From the NCBI GenBank assembly GCA_040954595.2, contig CM082584.2:6018110-6082109 (forward strand): DNA of 64,000 bases, in the 5' to 3' direction. Every line of letters begins with the position of its first letter. The first letter of the stretch is position 1. This document shows, one piece after another, positions 23,666 through 37,600 of this stretch. A program made the translations under genes and the position numbers. The stretch is from Balanoglossus misakiensis (taxonomy: Eukaryota > Animalia > Hemichordata). The notes below the pieces were generated by a model. It was not told the origin of the DNA. It made no database searches and saw only the letters and a list, made by a program, of their open reading frames with translations.

Positions 23666-24376
23666 TCAGTACTAGAATGTGGGTCTGATTTGCTTATGGT
23701 TAAGTTACTTTATTGTTGAACTTTGGAATTAATTTCAGTCACGGTGTTGTTACTGTAAAAAAAGCCTCTGGCAGTATTACAATCTGGGTCTTTCAGCTCT
23801 TAGTTAAGTTACTGTATTTTTGAACTTATGAAAGTGATAGGTTAAGGATGTACGTTCAGTAAAATTGAAAGTATTGTCATTTTTTTAATTGTGGATTTTT
23901 AGATTCTCCTTTGTATGTATAATGAAAATCCGTAATAAAATATAGGGGTCACCGCGCTTGTTTATGAAATACAGAGCTATGAATTTGGTCGATAATAGAA
24001 GACATCTGCTGACTCAGCATTTTTCATCAATGGTTTGTCTATGGGCAAATTTTTTAACGCAATTTATCTCAAAATAGAGCGCGGTGACCCCTATATTTTA
24101 TTTGGCCAATGAATTTATATTTGCTGGACTGAGCTATGTGTAAAATTTCGTGAAAATGACAATAGTAGAAGTTTGTTTTCTAGCGATTATCAATGTAATC
24201 CTATGGGAAAAAGACCGGGCGCGCAGTGTTTCCGGTTTATGTTCTGCGCGTACATCCTTAACAGGCTGTTACAAATTTGGAATTAATTTCAGTCACAGTG
24301 TTGTTACTGAAAAAAGCCTCTAGCAGTATTACAATCTGGGTCTTTCAGCTCTTAGTTAAGTTACTGTATTTTTGAA
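23666..24376 (+). repeat. ~100-bp direct repeats (23722-23824, 24276-24376, plus a degenerate partial copy ~23666-23720) interrupted by the MITE
   Basis: tttggaattaatttcagtcac.gtgttgttactg...gcctct.gcagtattacaatctgggtctttcagctcttagttaagttactgtatttttgaa occurs twice. Confidence 0.85.
23846..24257. mobile_element. 412-bp non-autonomous DNA transposon (MITE), Kolobok-like
   Basis: TTAA|GGATGTACG...CGTACATCC|TTAA gives a 9-bp perfect TIR and TTAA target duplication (23842-23845, 24258-24261). GG..CC termini fit Kolobok (RR..YY) better than piggyBac. An internal perfect 25-bp inverted repeat lies at 23934-23958 / 24078-24102. Confidence 0.8.
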
Positions 24377-24464
24377 GTTACAAAGCAATAATTTTACAGG
24401 TGAACAAACATAATAAAATTTTCCAAACATGAAACAGTTAAACTTGTGGGTTTTTGTGCAGTTA

Positions 24465-24587
24465 ACGAACGAACGAATGGATGGATGAATGAATGAATGA
24501 ATGAATGAATGAATGGATTAATGAATGAATGAATGAATGAATGAATGAATGGATGGATGAATGTATGTATAAATGAATGGATGAATG
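24465..24587. repeat. (GAAT/GGAT)n microsatellite
   Basis: Read directly. Confidence 0.9.
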
Positions 24588-25019
24588 TAACTAATTACAT
24601 TTACTTGTATATTGTTGTGGAGAATATTAAGCATATCAGCTGAATATTTTAACTGATGAATGAAAGGGTTTATACATACTATTTTATTCCAATATGTATA
24701 TATTTCATTCACGTTCCGAAGGGAGTGCCAGAGAAGTCAAATGATGCATTTTGGTTTATTTGTGGTCTAGTTTAGTTTGAAAGTCGTCCCGTTCACAATA
24801 TGCAAACACTGACCTACCAATCCACCCAGGTCTGGATCGTCTCTTAGGAATTGACTCACCATTGGATGTCAGCTGCAGCTGCAGGGCAGGTCCCTTCAAT
24901 GGCGCCCGCAACCACTGACTTCAGAAAGCAGTATTTTCTTTAATTTGTAAAACTGAAGAACATGCCCCCCCCGTTCCTGCCAGCATTGCATAACCTCAGT
25001 CTGCCTTCATTCTGTATTA

Positions 25020-26610
25020 TATAGCGCCCTCAAGAAATCCATACATTCTTTTAATTCGCCCACATTCTTTTTTCGAATATATGCGCTTAAGATGATGTAT
25101 CAATGTCAGTAGCTGATAATTTAGCTGCACATTGATGGTTTAACATCGGTGGTTAAATACAGACAGGTTATCAAATTCAAAGACTAATGCATCAGCCGAA
25201 ATCTCTATTCATACGAAATACCAGAGATATATATTTTTAAATAACAAGTTAATAAATTATGGGATGAATCCCAAGGCAATCTATCCACGCAAATATTTTC
25301 TTAGTTTGACACAATATATATCATTTTATTTGACAGCAAATCCTCCCCATTTTCGAAAACATTGGATTTTATGCAAATTACCTTAGATCCGCCTTCCTCA
25401 TTTGCAATTGTTTCGATTAACATCATTTGTATAAATTAATCTTAGTCAGACAAAGATATTTTGTTCGCATTCATCTTGATTGGTATATTTGTGTTCATAT
25501 CTTTTACTTAACTTCCCTAACAACTGTTGCTGTTTTGATGAGTTTGTGATTGTTCCAGACTTTAATGGGGTATGATGATTTCATTTGAACGATAAACTTT
25601 TGCCAAATCGATGGAACTGTGCTGCAGATAAGCCGCCATATCTCCATTACTGATATTAGGAAAAAAATATTGATCCATTGAGTCCCTCCCACATATTTGG
25701 AAGTTTTCTGGAAAGTCGTCGTGATATGGAAAAAGGAATTTTTAGGTAACCTACATGACAGATACACGATACAGCTAAGAAATACAAAGCAATGCAAGAC
25801 AAAACAAGACAAGACACAGACACAGACAAAAACACACACGAAAGAACACATGTCCGGGCAGACCTTTATTGCATGTGACCATCGCTTTCCCCATCTTTCC
25901 AATGAACACATCTTCATTGGTATTCAGCAGGGATCGATACACACAGTGATACATATAGCGGTAAAGTCTTCAACTGTTGATCTACGGAACATCTCCTAAA
26001 CTCTCCTCCTTCCCCTCTCTCCCCTTTTCATAGAAAACCGATATGCATCTCGTATACTCGGAAAACTTCGATAGTTATGGTGTCATTTGTTTATTCCGTG
26101 TTTAATGTTTACATGGTGTAGTTAATTTTATCTACAAGATATTGAGAACTTGGGTCGCTTTCAAGCCGAAAACGCCCAGACACACATTTATTTCACTCTG
26201 AGTCTCAGTAGCACATAGCGCCCTCAGGAAAACCCATCCGAATATATGAGATCCTCTGGAGATGCCCACATTCAACCCTCACAACTCTTTGCAAGGAGAA
26301 AACAACATACTCCAATTGACAGGAAATCGCCTCCTTGTCCGGGAACAATGGATTTTGAGATTCAAAGTACATTTAATTCCCCATCCTCTTCAGATTAGTC
26401 AGTTGCAAATATTTCATTTTGCCCTTTGTCTTAACTTATCTTGGCCAGAAAATGATGTATGTTGCCATATCTTTTAATTGTTGGTTCTAATTAATGTTTA
26501 CTTCCCTATCAACAGTTGCTGTTTGTCATCTTGCGTGTTTGTTTCAGTCAGGAATCATGGGGTATGGTGACTTTATTTGTACATCAGACCTATGTCCCTT
26601 AAAGTTGATG
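25020..26610. repeat. Two diverged copies of an old interspersed repeat (~25020-25610 and ~26215-26610)
   Basis: Collinear shared blocks: atagcgccctca.gaaa; tgacag.aaatc...ttggatttt; acttcccta.caac.gttgctgttt; atggggtatg.tga.tt.atttg.ac. Confidence 0.5.
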
Positions 26611-29600
26611 GATTGCGCAATATTCTCTAGACATGCCCACGAAAATTTATAATAGATACTAGTAATCAGGCGCTTATTTATCATCAGTATAACAAATTGC
26701 TTGACCCTTATCTTTTGGGAGTTTTCCCATTATTGGTTCATTCGTCTTTCTCTGAACACCACATTCAGAATAGACTTCTAAAATGTCACGGACACATTAA
26801 CATTGAAATCAATATTTCTTTCCTAAACCATGTACATGTACCGACACGATCTCAATCACAGTACCATCCACACGCACCAAGTTCTATGTTTAAGGACAGA
26901 CTTTAACAAAATTCAAACATCCTCGACTTGTAAGAACATATCGATATCCATATAAAATGGTGCTATATCTACGTAAAGAAATAATGACCACGACTCTTGA
27001 AATGTTTCAAACGATCCGTACTTATGAAAGTAGACACGATTCCCTTTTTCACAGTTAAGGATTTTTACTGCAGTGTTAAACAGAGCAAAACTACAAATAG
27101 CAAATTAAATACTGCTGGAAAAGTTAACATCTACAGTAAGTCTTAATTTATGTTAATGCTTGCGAGATCCCACCAAATTTATTAACACGAATATATAGTT
27201 CAACAGTTCGTTTGGCTATGGCCAGCTCTGGTTTGTATAACGTTGTCAACTGTGTAAAACTGAGAATGTTCTTATTACGTGTACAGATGTAAATTAAAGG
27301 CTTAAATGTTAGGATGAGAAAATTATGCATATTTGATATCATTCTGTCTCCAAACAGGATTAGTTCGGCTGTAACTTTACGGAAATGAGGAATATTGGCA
27401 AGATGTGTATTGGTAAGATCAATTCTTAGCGTGAAGCTATATGTTGAATACCAATCAACCATACATTGAATGCACTGTTGCACCATCTGTATTACTGATT
27501 ACCGATGAAGATTATGATGACTTGCTCATCTCCCCCCCCCCCCCATTACGTGTTCTCATGTCTATGCTTTACGAACTTCAGGTTGGAAGTGACAAGAATA
27601 GAATAATCTACCTGAATTTAACGTTAATTTGGAAGTTGCGTTTCACACGCATCGAGGAAAATGTCGGTGTTTCTCAACTCTGATGGTGTATGTGTTGGGT
27701 ATTGAACGAGTCTGATAAGATCACGTGGTACTCGCATGACGACTAGCTAGGGATGCTAGTGATGTAGGGATTGGGTCACAGACAGTGGTGCGGATCGCTT
27801 AGGTACTTCACTCAAAGTTACTGTTTTTCATACAAACTATTTTTTATGCCTTGATCTATAGAAGCGACATCTTGTTAACACCGAAGACAGGTAACCGAGT
27901 TCGAATACCAAAGGCACAATAAAATCAAATTAATTGTAAATAGAAATATTGCTACGTTGGCCATTTCATTTGAAACATTGGAACATGTACTTGAAAGGAA
28001 AAGAAAAGAAAGGAAAATGTCAGGAATTGTAATGAAAGGTAAGAAATCACTTAAGTGGTTGAATTTAATTTCGTGTTACTGGTAGCAGAATGGGTTTTGA
28101 ATTGTTTCTTATCAAATCGGCGGCGCCTGTTTGACTCTTTTAGCTCCAAACTGATATCTACGTATCTATTTAGATGGCACCATGGCTCAAAATTCTGTCA
28201 AAACAACATGTTTGTCTCCGCATACTTTAACCCTTATTTCTGATTGTTTCTATCATAAATGTAACCCTAGATTTTACAAAAACATTTTAGTAGGCGAAAT
28301 GATAAAACAGGTGATATTTTCACATTGATTAACGAAATTTAACATTCAATCCCGATGCAGTACATTCAGAAGTCCACATTACTCATTTTACAGATGGTAG
28401 CTCGAGAAAAAAACTTAACGTGTGGTGGTTAACCTGAATTACTTTAAAAACTTTTAAATATCAGAAACGGTTCAATATCATCAGGAAAGATAATACATAA
28501 AAGCAACATCGACCGTGACATAATGGATGTTCGGTAAGGTTAACACAATAAATTACGGAAACGGATTAGGAAAATTTTAAAAGTAAAACATTAAAGCAAC
28601 ACTCTCGCATTGATGACGTAAAATACTCTTTATTACGACACCTACAACTTGAATGTCATTTTGTTCAAAGCAGATTATTAGGACGTTTCGATTCTCGTAG
28701 TTACGACTGTTAAAAATATAATTTCGTAGCTACGACTTTTTGAATCGCGTTTTTGAGATTTTATGAGATAAAGGTGACTGGAGACATTTTCGTCTTGTAA
28801 CCGAGTTCTTAATTTCAAATTGTTGTCCCGACGGCAGTTTCATTTTTTTCTCCCCCAAACATGACAAAATCCCATTTCTTTGTCCTAACTGTATCGTTAC
28901 CACGACCCTACGACAGTTTTCGTTTTGGTTTGTATTTTATTTCGACTTCCCTATCAACGGGTGTTGTTTGTTTTCAATTAACTCCAACAAAGAAGTTTAT
29001 GAAAAATTCGTATTTTACGAAATCGCTTCCTATCTTGTAGATAAGCTTCCTGGACTGATATTGTGATGAGACTTTGAATTGCGATGAAGTAATCAATTGT
29101 TTCATTTCATGGTACACGCCCCCACCTCCCGATTTAATCATGTGTAAGCGCCTCCTTATCATAATCGAAAGATTTAATTACCCGTAGGCCTAAAGCTACC
29201 TGTTACGATCAACTGCAGCGACATACAAAATTTTGCCTCGGACACAATCTCATAATATTCGTGTTTGGAATGTCGATAATGTCCAATTGCGTCGTGTTAG
29301 TGTGGCTGCTACTATGCAGACACCATGATTCTCGGGCGTTCACCCACCACGAGAGTCTCGCGCAGCACGCGAAGCAGCGAGACCGAAGGAAAACTATCGA
29401 TAAAGTACAAAAAGTACATGATGTGAAGTTTACAGTAAGTTGACAGAATGACATGGAATGTTTTTATCAAGATTGTCGGCGTCTGTACGCCTATCTTTAT
29501 AGTTAGCTACAAACAGATAAGAAGTATTTGTGTCGGACCGTTCTCTGTCCTGTCCCATCTCAGATCTAAATGGTGGGGCTAACGTGCCTAAAGCCCCGTA

Positions 29601-30814
29601 CCAAGCCGTGGATTTCGACCTTATGTTATCACAGGCTAATCTGTTACGACGACCCCAAGCGGCGAAATGGACATTTCGCTCGCTGAATTTCTTCTAAATT
29701 TAGAATACGTACACCGATGATTTTGAGTTGCGGTCAACATACAAGTTTTGTTGTCGTATGTCGGTCATGAAATATCGGACTAGGATTCAAATATTTAGGG
29801 TATCTGTGATATCTGCAAGGTGGGCTGTTAGGATTTATATTGTTTCGCAATCAGTTGCACGTTTATCTGTAAATTCTGTAATTGAGAGATAAAACCTGCA
29901 AAAAATGAACTGTGCATGCACAGGCATATACAATCACAGTCACGGGGCAGACTTCAAAATAAATGTACAGGATGTCTGTAATAGGTCATGCTCAGTAGCC
30001 GTTACGTGGCCGAGAAGTTGCATGTGTCTGAAATGCTGAAATGTAGATTTCTGAATGACACGTGATCTATGTACAGTTATCAGACTGAATACAGTGCAGT
30101 GATCAGAACAAAAAGCCAGGTGCACTGACGGGGCTCAGGCTAGACGCCGTTGTATGCAGGTGGCCCGGTACGTATTCTGTACATAGGCGAGATTTCAGAA
30201 ATTTTCAGAAAACGTGCCGATTCGATAAAAAAACCCTCATGAGTCGACAATTTCATGAATGGTTTTCTATGGGTGGACACATTAAAAAAGTTTATTTCAA
30301 AATCATTGAGCACGACGACCATACGATTTTATTCGACAACTGCATTTAATTTCATTTGACCGTGGTATGTGTAAAAATTCATAAAAAAGTATAAGTAGGT
30401 TTGATGACATGACTCGAGCTTGTTCTTCTATATCAACTTCGGTGACTGAGGATTCCTTGTTGCTATGCTGCACAAACATACACTTGTATCAATTGTTGGA
30501 CCTCGTTCAAAGACTATTATATGTAATCATAGCAATCGATAAAACCATTGAGATATCTGGTGCGGTTGTTGGTCATCCGGCACGACTCATTAAACCAAAT
30601 TTTGTCACCATGTTCCTTATAAATAGTGACATGTAATTTTTGTTGTAAATTTTGTGCCAAAGTTCGAACAAAAATGCTCATCAGGTGCTCGAATGATGTA
30701 CTATTGTTTACGTGACTTGCCATGTCGGGGTTTCACAGGGAAACTTTGACTTGCCCAAAATTTGTGGGCGTTAATTATGTCATTATAGGATGACTACCTT
30801 CCATAAAATTTTAG

Positions 30815-30895
30815 CGGGCGAGCGAGCGAGCGAGAGAGAGAGACAGACAGACAGACAGAGAGAGACAGAGACAGAGACAGAGACAGAGACAGAGA

Positions 30896-30926
<31 letters not shown>

Positions 30927-30967
30927 GACCGACAGACAGAGAGAGAGAGACAGAGAGACAGCCAGAC
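30815..30967. repeat. (GA)n/(GACA)n/(GAGACA)n microsatellite
   Basis: Read directly. Confidence 0.92.
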
Positions 30968-33667
30968 ATTGGAGTCAATGTAAATGAGAGAGATGCACGG
31001 GCTGAGGGCAAGCCGGATAATTATATAGACGCACTTGTACATGTAGTCGTACATATATTGATATGTAGCAGATTTGCCTAAAGCGCGTTTCTTTCCGCGT
31101 ACCCATTTGCTCTGCCATTTGTGCCCGAACGCCGGCGAATGACCGAACACCTTTGGCGACCTGTTGTGGTTTCCTCTGAATTCTGACCAATTAGTCTTAA
31201 ACAGATCTAAGTTCCTGTTGAACTTCATTTGACGTTTACGAGTATACACGTACATGTATCTCTCCTTATTCGAGTGTGTGTTCTGGGTTCTTTTCCATTA
31301 TGTGAGATAATGAGACCCCCTCTGCTATGATTAGCATTGATTAGTGTTTGTGTAACGAATACACAAACGTTATGATGTTATATTCTTATGTGAGGAATAT
31401 GGTGAACAGAATGATATTAATGGTCATATGCTTGCCAACGTAAAAATGGCAGATGAGTACTTTAGAGTGAGACAGGTCATCACACAAGAGCGGCGCCATA
31501 GCTTGACTGCCATGAAACGCGAAAGGCAACCGCACCGCGTGAAGGATTACCGGGTTTTGCAACCTGGGCGCGGCAACGCTGCTATGTGAGCGTACCATGA
31601 GTCCATAACTGTTTTGTGAGCTTGCCTATAGAAACGTAATTTTACCGAACTTGAGGAGGGGTGGCTTATCGTTACATTCCGAAAATACCTGTTTTCAGGA
31701 ATTGGACACCTGCAACATGCTGCCTTTTCAGTGTCGACCGTTTGAGAGACGTGCATCTTCATGTCCTATAATACGGATGTTAATGACTCATTTCCTGAGT
31801 CAGTATACAATTCCGAGTACTCTAGGTGTGTGGGGGTGGGGGTGTGGGGGGGGGTGGGTTGATCGAATTAATGTACGACGATCCCCCTTTGTACCAGGTA
31901 AATGGTAGGCAAATCTAGTCGTCATCGATTGTATTGAGGTGGACATGATGGCCACTAGACTAAATAGCAAATCATAAATGATAACAATATTAAGCAAAAG
32001 GGCAATTGAAAAATAACTCATTTGACAAACGCAATTATTTCATTTTTTCTCAAATCCTTATAATTCTGTCATTCATATAAATCGCCGTGTACTGCGAGTC
32101 ACACAGCTCTGTTGTACATGTATATTCGCTAACGTCGCCGCCGAAAGAATATGGCGCACTGGCTCACAATATGGTGTTATACCGCTAGCGTTGAGTGTAT
32201 TTTAAACGCCACTTCTCTCATAACCAGTCCTCTCCAGATCGACCTCTTGTGACCTAGCTGTCCCATCGGTTCTCCCATTTCATGCGTTCGTTGACCCACA
32301 ACCCCGCTCCAGGTTTTAACAGTTGTTTGCCGGCGTCTAAGTTGGCGCAGTGTGTGATAAACTTTGTGTGATGATTAACGTGTTATCTTGTCAGTGCAGT
32401 TAGGGCTTCAGAAGATGTGCCGCCGGAGTTAACACCTGCTACGCGTAAGGTATACCGTGTACCTGTAATCACGCGACGAAACGATAAGATAGAATTTTTC
32501 ATGTGTTAGAATTTGTAATAGAGGGGCCTTTGAAGAATTTTTTTTTATAAAATGCCAGTAGGCCTAGGCTGGTTTACTAAACATGAAGATCAACACAGTC
32601 TGGTAGACCGATCAAAGTATCTGCCAATTCGTAGAAGTCGGCTACAAGTACTACCGCTTAATGGAACAGTTGAACTTCCATTGACTTCGCCCCCCCCCCC
32701 TCGGCTGTAGTTCATGATTATCCCTTACACTTTGTCGTCGCTAATGACTGGTAATGAGGCATTAATGTACATGTAATCGCTGTATACACATATTCTCGCA
32801 CCACACGCAAGTTTATCGCGTTTTCCGAAGTAATTACACTGGACTTAGTTTTGTCAGTTCTTTTTTCGTCCGATTCCAGTGAATGTAGAAGTTGTTAACC
32901 TTAGCACATTTCCGACATAAGTCGCAACTTTTCAAACACTTTGCACGACACCACGTGTTGACTGAGAATGTCAAGTCCATGTCTGTCTGTCTGTCTGTCT
33001 GCATGTCTGTCTTTTCGATTCGACAAGTTAACCTAATACTCTCTAGAGACGGCTATTCCAGTCACGAAAACTGCCAAATCAATCATCTGTTCACATATTG
33101 TTGATTTTTATTTTGGCAACCAGATTGATCTGTGACGCCATATTTTTTTCAACTTCCAGTTCTTTGTATTCATTGATTAAATGAATATTTTTGTACAGTT
33201 AATGAAATAATTATGGTAGATGTATACCCGTCTGTACGATTTAAGAGCACGTTTGCCAGCATATTACTCGAAGATTTTCATGGCAACTGACAATTTAAAG
33301 CGACTGTAATGTTCTGGACTAACGACTACGTTCATGATGGCGAATAAGGCCCAACCCACACTCTATTTTGGGCTAAACAACCCCGTGACAAGTTACCGAG
33401 TCGCTGGGCGGATAATTATGAGTCAACTGAACTGAACCAAAATTACGTCAAACACAAAATGAACGAAATTGTGCGTGTTGTATATATTTTCATGCGGCTG
33501 TTGTATGAAATTCAACTTACCCCAAATAAATACAAACAGCGACTTGACTCATTGTCAGCTGACTTCAGAGAAAACATTAGTTGAATTCTCGGAGTTATGT
33601 TTTTAGACTCTGACAAGCAATAATACTAGGCGCGCCTAATTATCCTCTTGACTGGGACCCAATTGCA

Positions 33668-33724
33668 CCGGAAGTCGCCATTCTTGAAGTTTTACGCAAT
33701 GGGGGGAAAACGGCCAACCTCAAC
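33668..33724 (+). promoter_or_regulatory. Candidate promoter / first 5' UTR exon of gene B (ETS CCGGAAGT + YY1-like CGCCAT, then donor caac|gtaagt)
   Basis: ccggaagtcgccatt at 33668-33682, a consensus donor at 33725, and a pyrimidine-rich acceptor ttctgtcag| at 34079 just before the ATG exon. Inference only. Confidence 0.35.
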
Positions 33725-34108
33725 GTAAGTTTAGTATTTCGGCTAATTTTACACGGTTACGGCAGAAAAAGATGACGCGATTACAACGCACAGATACAAC
33801 TCTCCTAATTAATCAAAACGGTATCCATCCGCAGCTCGTACGATGCGATGCAATGCGCATAGATACACGGATGTAATGAGTAAGTGAGATGCCTGTCAAC
33901 AATTTTGCAATACAGTTGATTGGCATGGCAGTTTGACAGCTAATGTGTAACCGATTTTTTTATATATAATTTTGGCGTTTATAAACATACCTGTTTATAG
34001 CTCTATATCAGTTGCGAGCATCAGCACATAAGACAGTTGGGATAAACATCGTCTGCATTGTGTTCCACACTTCTGTCAGAGAGAGAAATACACATTGAAT
34101 TTTGGTAT

Positions 34109-34699
34109 ATGAAGAGTCCGTCAAGAATGATTCTCCGTCACCTGCCCTTGGCAGTGCCGGTGCTTCTGTCAGGTAAGTTTATGCTACATCTCACCATGTT
34201 GCGTTAATTTTTTAAAACATGTAACATTTTTCTTTCTAATCTGACTTTTGAATTTGATTTCTACATTTTTCTATACAAATAGATTATACTGCCATCTTTA
34301 AGCACATTGCGCATTATATGGCCTTTCCGTGGAATTTTTCCAAGGAAGATAGTCTTTCACTTTGTTCTTCCCACGTGCATTTCGGATAGAGTTTCAACTT
34401 ACGTTCCAACTGAACGGTTTCTAGTCTAAACTATCCGAATTACATGCCCGTGATATTGCAGAATTTTTATCACCACTGAAATAATAACTTAAGTAACTAA
34501 ATGACAATAACAAAAATGCTTTAGGTGAGACATGGAGTGTACTGTCATGTGTAGTTTATAAAGGACAGCGAAATTACACTTGAACAGTGGGCGTTCAATG
34601 TCAAAATTTCTGAAATTAATCTCTCTTTCTCTTTATCAACTTCAGTTTTACTCCATTCCGGACTGGCCAGTGACAGACCAGCGGGATGTCAAACAACAG
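34109..34699 (+). CDS. Gene B signal-peptide exons (34109-34172, 34646-34699)
   Basis: The spliced product [39 protein letters not shown] has a basic n-region, hydrophobic core and G-L-A cleavage motif. Good donors (tcag|gtaagt, acag|gtaaga) and compatible phase 1 introns. Confidence 0.7.
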
Positions 34700-37600
34700 G
34701 TAAGACCTCTGACATTTTTACTTTGAATAATACATCTGTCATTCAAACATTTGCATTTCGCAGAGATAAACTGGGCCAATAAGCATAACTGTGGAAATCT
34801 TGCTGACAGGTTAAATAGATGGGCACCTGAACAAGTACGTCCTGGTACCGTGAAGAACAGACATAGGTTAATAATGAACCATGATAAAGGATGCGATTAC
34901 CTGAACTTGCAATTTAATGTTATCTATTTCCTCGTCTGATAGCGTCGTTTTCTATCCGCGTAATCTGACGTATGTTGCTGACCACGTAAACGAACCAATG
35001 TGCAAATTCCACGCTTTTTATCGCCGTACCTTTACCTGGTAGATGATTTCTCTGATTTGTATTGTGACGTAGTATAAGGTGGGACTGCATGCAGGTGTCC
35101 CTCATGCGTCATCTAGTCCTGCCCTTCAAAGACGTGCTTGGGAAGTTCGAGGTTTTAAAGAGTCATGATAAGAATCACGATTAATTCAAATGGCACATAT
35201 TCGCGTTCTGGGTACTTATCGATCAGCAAAATAATTGTTTTATATATATATATGAATCATAAAATATATTAAGGGTGTAATTTGAAATGATCCGGTCAAT
35301 GCTGATCCAAGTTCAATGTTGAGACACACAGAAACATACGAGACAGTTCAGTAATTTACATAACAGTCACATAATAGCAAAATTATAATTGATCAGGTTA
35401 TCATTGTAAAGAGAGGTTTATAATGAGCACTCACATTATCCACCAAGATGTGATACTTGTCAACACGAGACACACGCACGGATTTTGGTAAACTGCCGTG
35501 TAGACTGCAGCGCCACTCCAATTGTATTATACATGCACAAACCCATGTGTTCAGAAACACTGTCTTTATCGGATAGCATTTTGCGTCAGAAATTTTCCAA
35601 AAGTAATGCTCCAGAAGGTGGAACTTGTGTTTTGGCATTCCGTCACTGATGGTGACCGCTTATACTGACCAATGGCCAATTTCTTCCACATTTTTCATCT
35701 TCTCTGTATTTTGTAAAAGGAGAATAAATTTGAAGTCATATATTTTATAATTAGTAGGTTACTAATGTCAGGATGAATCTTCTACCTCAATGTTTAGGAA
35801 TTTGTTTAAAATAATGTTCATTGTATGTACATATGTCAAGGAAATTGATTTCGTTTTTCTGATAGCGTAGCTCATCTTACAAAATACATCAACAATTCAC
35901 GTTTTCAACTAACATGTTCGTAGCACTGAACACATCTGGGTTTGTGCATTTCATCTTATTTTAGAATACAGCATTTCAAAATATTTATGCGGATTTATTC
36001 CCTTTTTTCTAGATCGACAGTTTGTCCTAGGAAAATTGTCAGCTGCCCGTCCACACGCCAAGTCACATGTCACGTGCCCAGAAGGTAGCCTAGCAACGTC
36101 ATGTCAGTGCGACGTCACGCAGAATAAATGTAACGGTGCCTGGTTTACAGAGACCAATCAATGCACGGCGTTGAACAGTCCCACCAATACCGTTGGAACC
36201 AGGGTAAGTCGGCGTCGGCCAGCATGCTTCTATAGTATCGACCCCACAGAGAGATTTTACCGAGAAACACTTGATTGTTACAAAGTCTTGTCGTTAGTTA
36301 GAGCAATGATGGGAGGTTTAATCAATCAATCAACTATTATATATAGTCAACAAGAGAGTACCGAATAATTGTTAATTTACAGATGTATTGTCCACCCCAG
36401 TTGCCGATTACTCACATCGGAAAATTACAACTAAAAGAAGGCGCATGCTTAGCCCAGCTCGACTGAACATATCAATCCAGCGAGGATTTAAAACGCCATT
36501 GTTTAACAGGAACATTCTCCACTGACACATCTTGACACTAGTTATTAAAATGATCATAATAATCGCGTTTAAGAACCGTAACGTTAAAAGTTAGCAAAAC
36601 ATGAAGAATTTGTGAAATTATACCGATTGAATAGATTTGGGGTATTGTCCTATCTCAGTCAGGAGAGTTATTCCAAATTAGTTCAAATAGTGTTATTTGC
36701 ATGATTTTGCTATCGAACTGGAAACCAAAAACGGTCAAATAACATTATCGTGTCGAAACGGGTACCGGTAAATAGTAACCTTGGATACATGAAACAACCG
36801 AAAGCAAAGGTAACGATTACGTTCAATGAATGGAATAATTGTCGTGTTTTAATGTTTTAGGCAAATGTTACGTGTGCAACGGTCACGTGTGACGAAGGTT
36901 ATCGCATGGAAGTCGAAACGTTTTCAAAAGAGAACGATCGGAATCCAAGTGTCACGTGTCCCGATGGGACAGTTCTGGTTGGTTGCAGCATGAAGGATAT
37001 GTAAGTTATCACAACGTCTCAAATCGCAGTGGTCGAAAAAGTGGTCTAGCAAACGAGTAAATTTGTATAAACACCAATGATTTATTCTCGGCAATCTTTT
37101 TCATATCAAGATATTGGGAGTTTATTAGAATTTTTAGCGTTAAATGCTTTATTTAATGTTTAATTGTGTAAATTGGTGATTTGTTGGGTTGCTCGATTTG
37201 GCTTGGTTCGGTTGGCAGATATGTGGGTGCATGCCTGTGTGGATAGATGCACGGATAGTTGGGCGGGTGTATTAGTTAGCGGCATGTAGGTGGGACCGTG
37301 GTTGGATATATGGGTGGTTGGTGGTTGGGTTGGTATGTAAGGATGGATGGATGGATGTGTGTATGATAACGGTAATGGTGGTGTTAGTGGTGACGGTGGT
37401 AGTAAGGAGCTGCTAATCGTATTAAGTATATCATGGATGAAAAGAAATGGTTTGGCAAAATAGTATCCCACTTAACGTTTTTCTCTTAAACCCACTTAGA
37501 TCGTCTGCAGGCAAGAACAAACATGGTCTGGGCATAGTAGATGGTAACATTTGTCACTACGGTCCATGTGCTGGTAAAAAACAGCTGTGTTCTGTCTATG

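Noticed and set aside
23722-24376. CRISPR-like or LTR interpretation of the direct repeats
   Set aside because: Eukaryotic context with only two full ~100-bp copies, no TG..CA ends or primer-binding site; the interval between them is explained by a MITE.
28600-30360. Region rich in ttacgac/tcgtag motifs and CpG, possibly transposon-derived
   Set aside because: I could not define TIRs, target duplications or a transposase frame.
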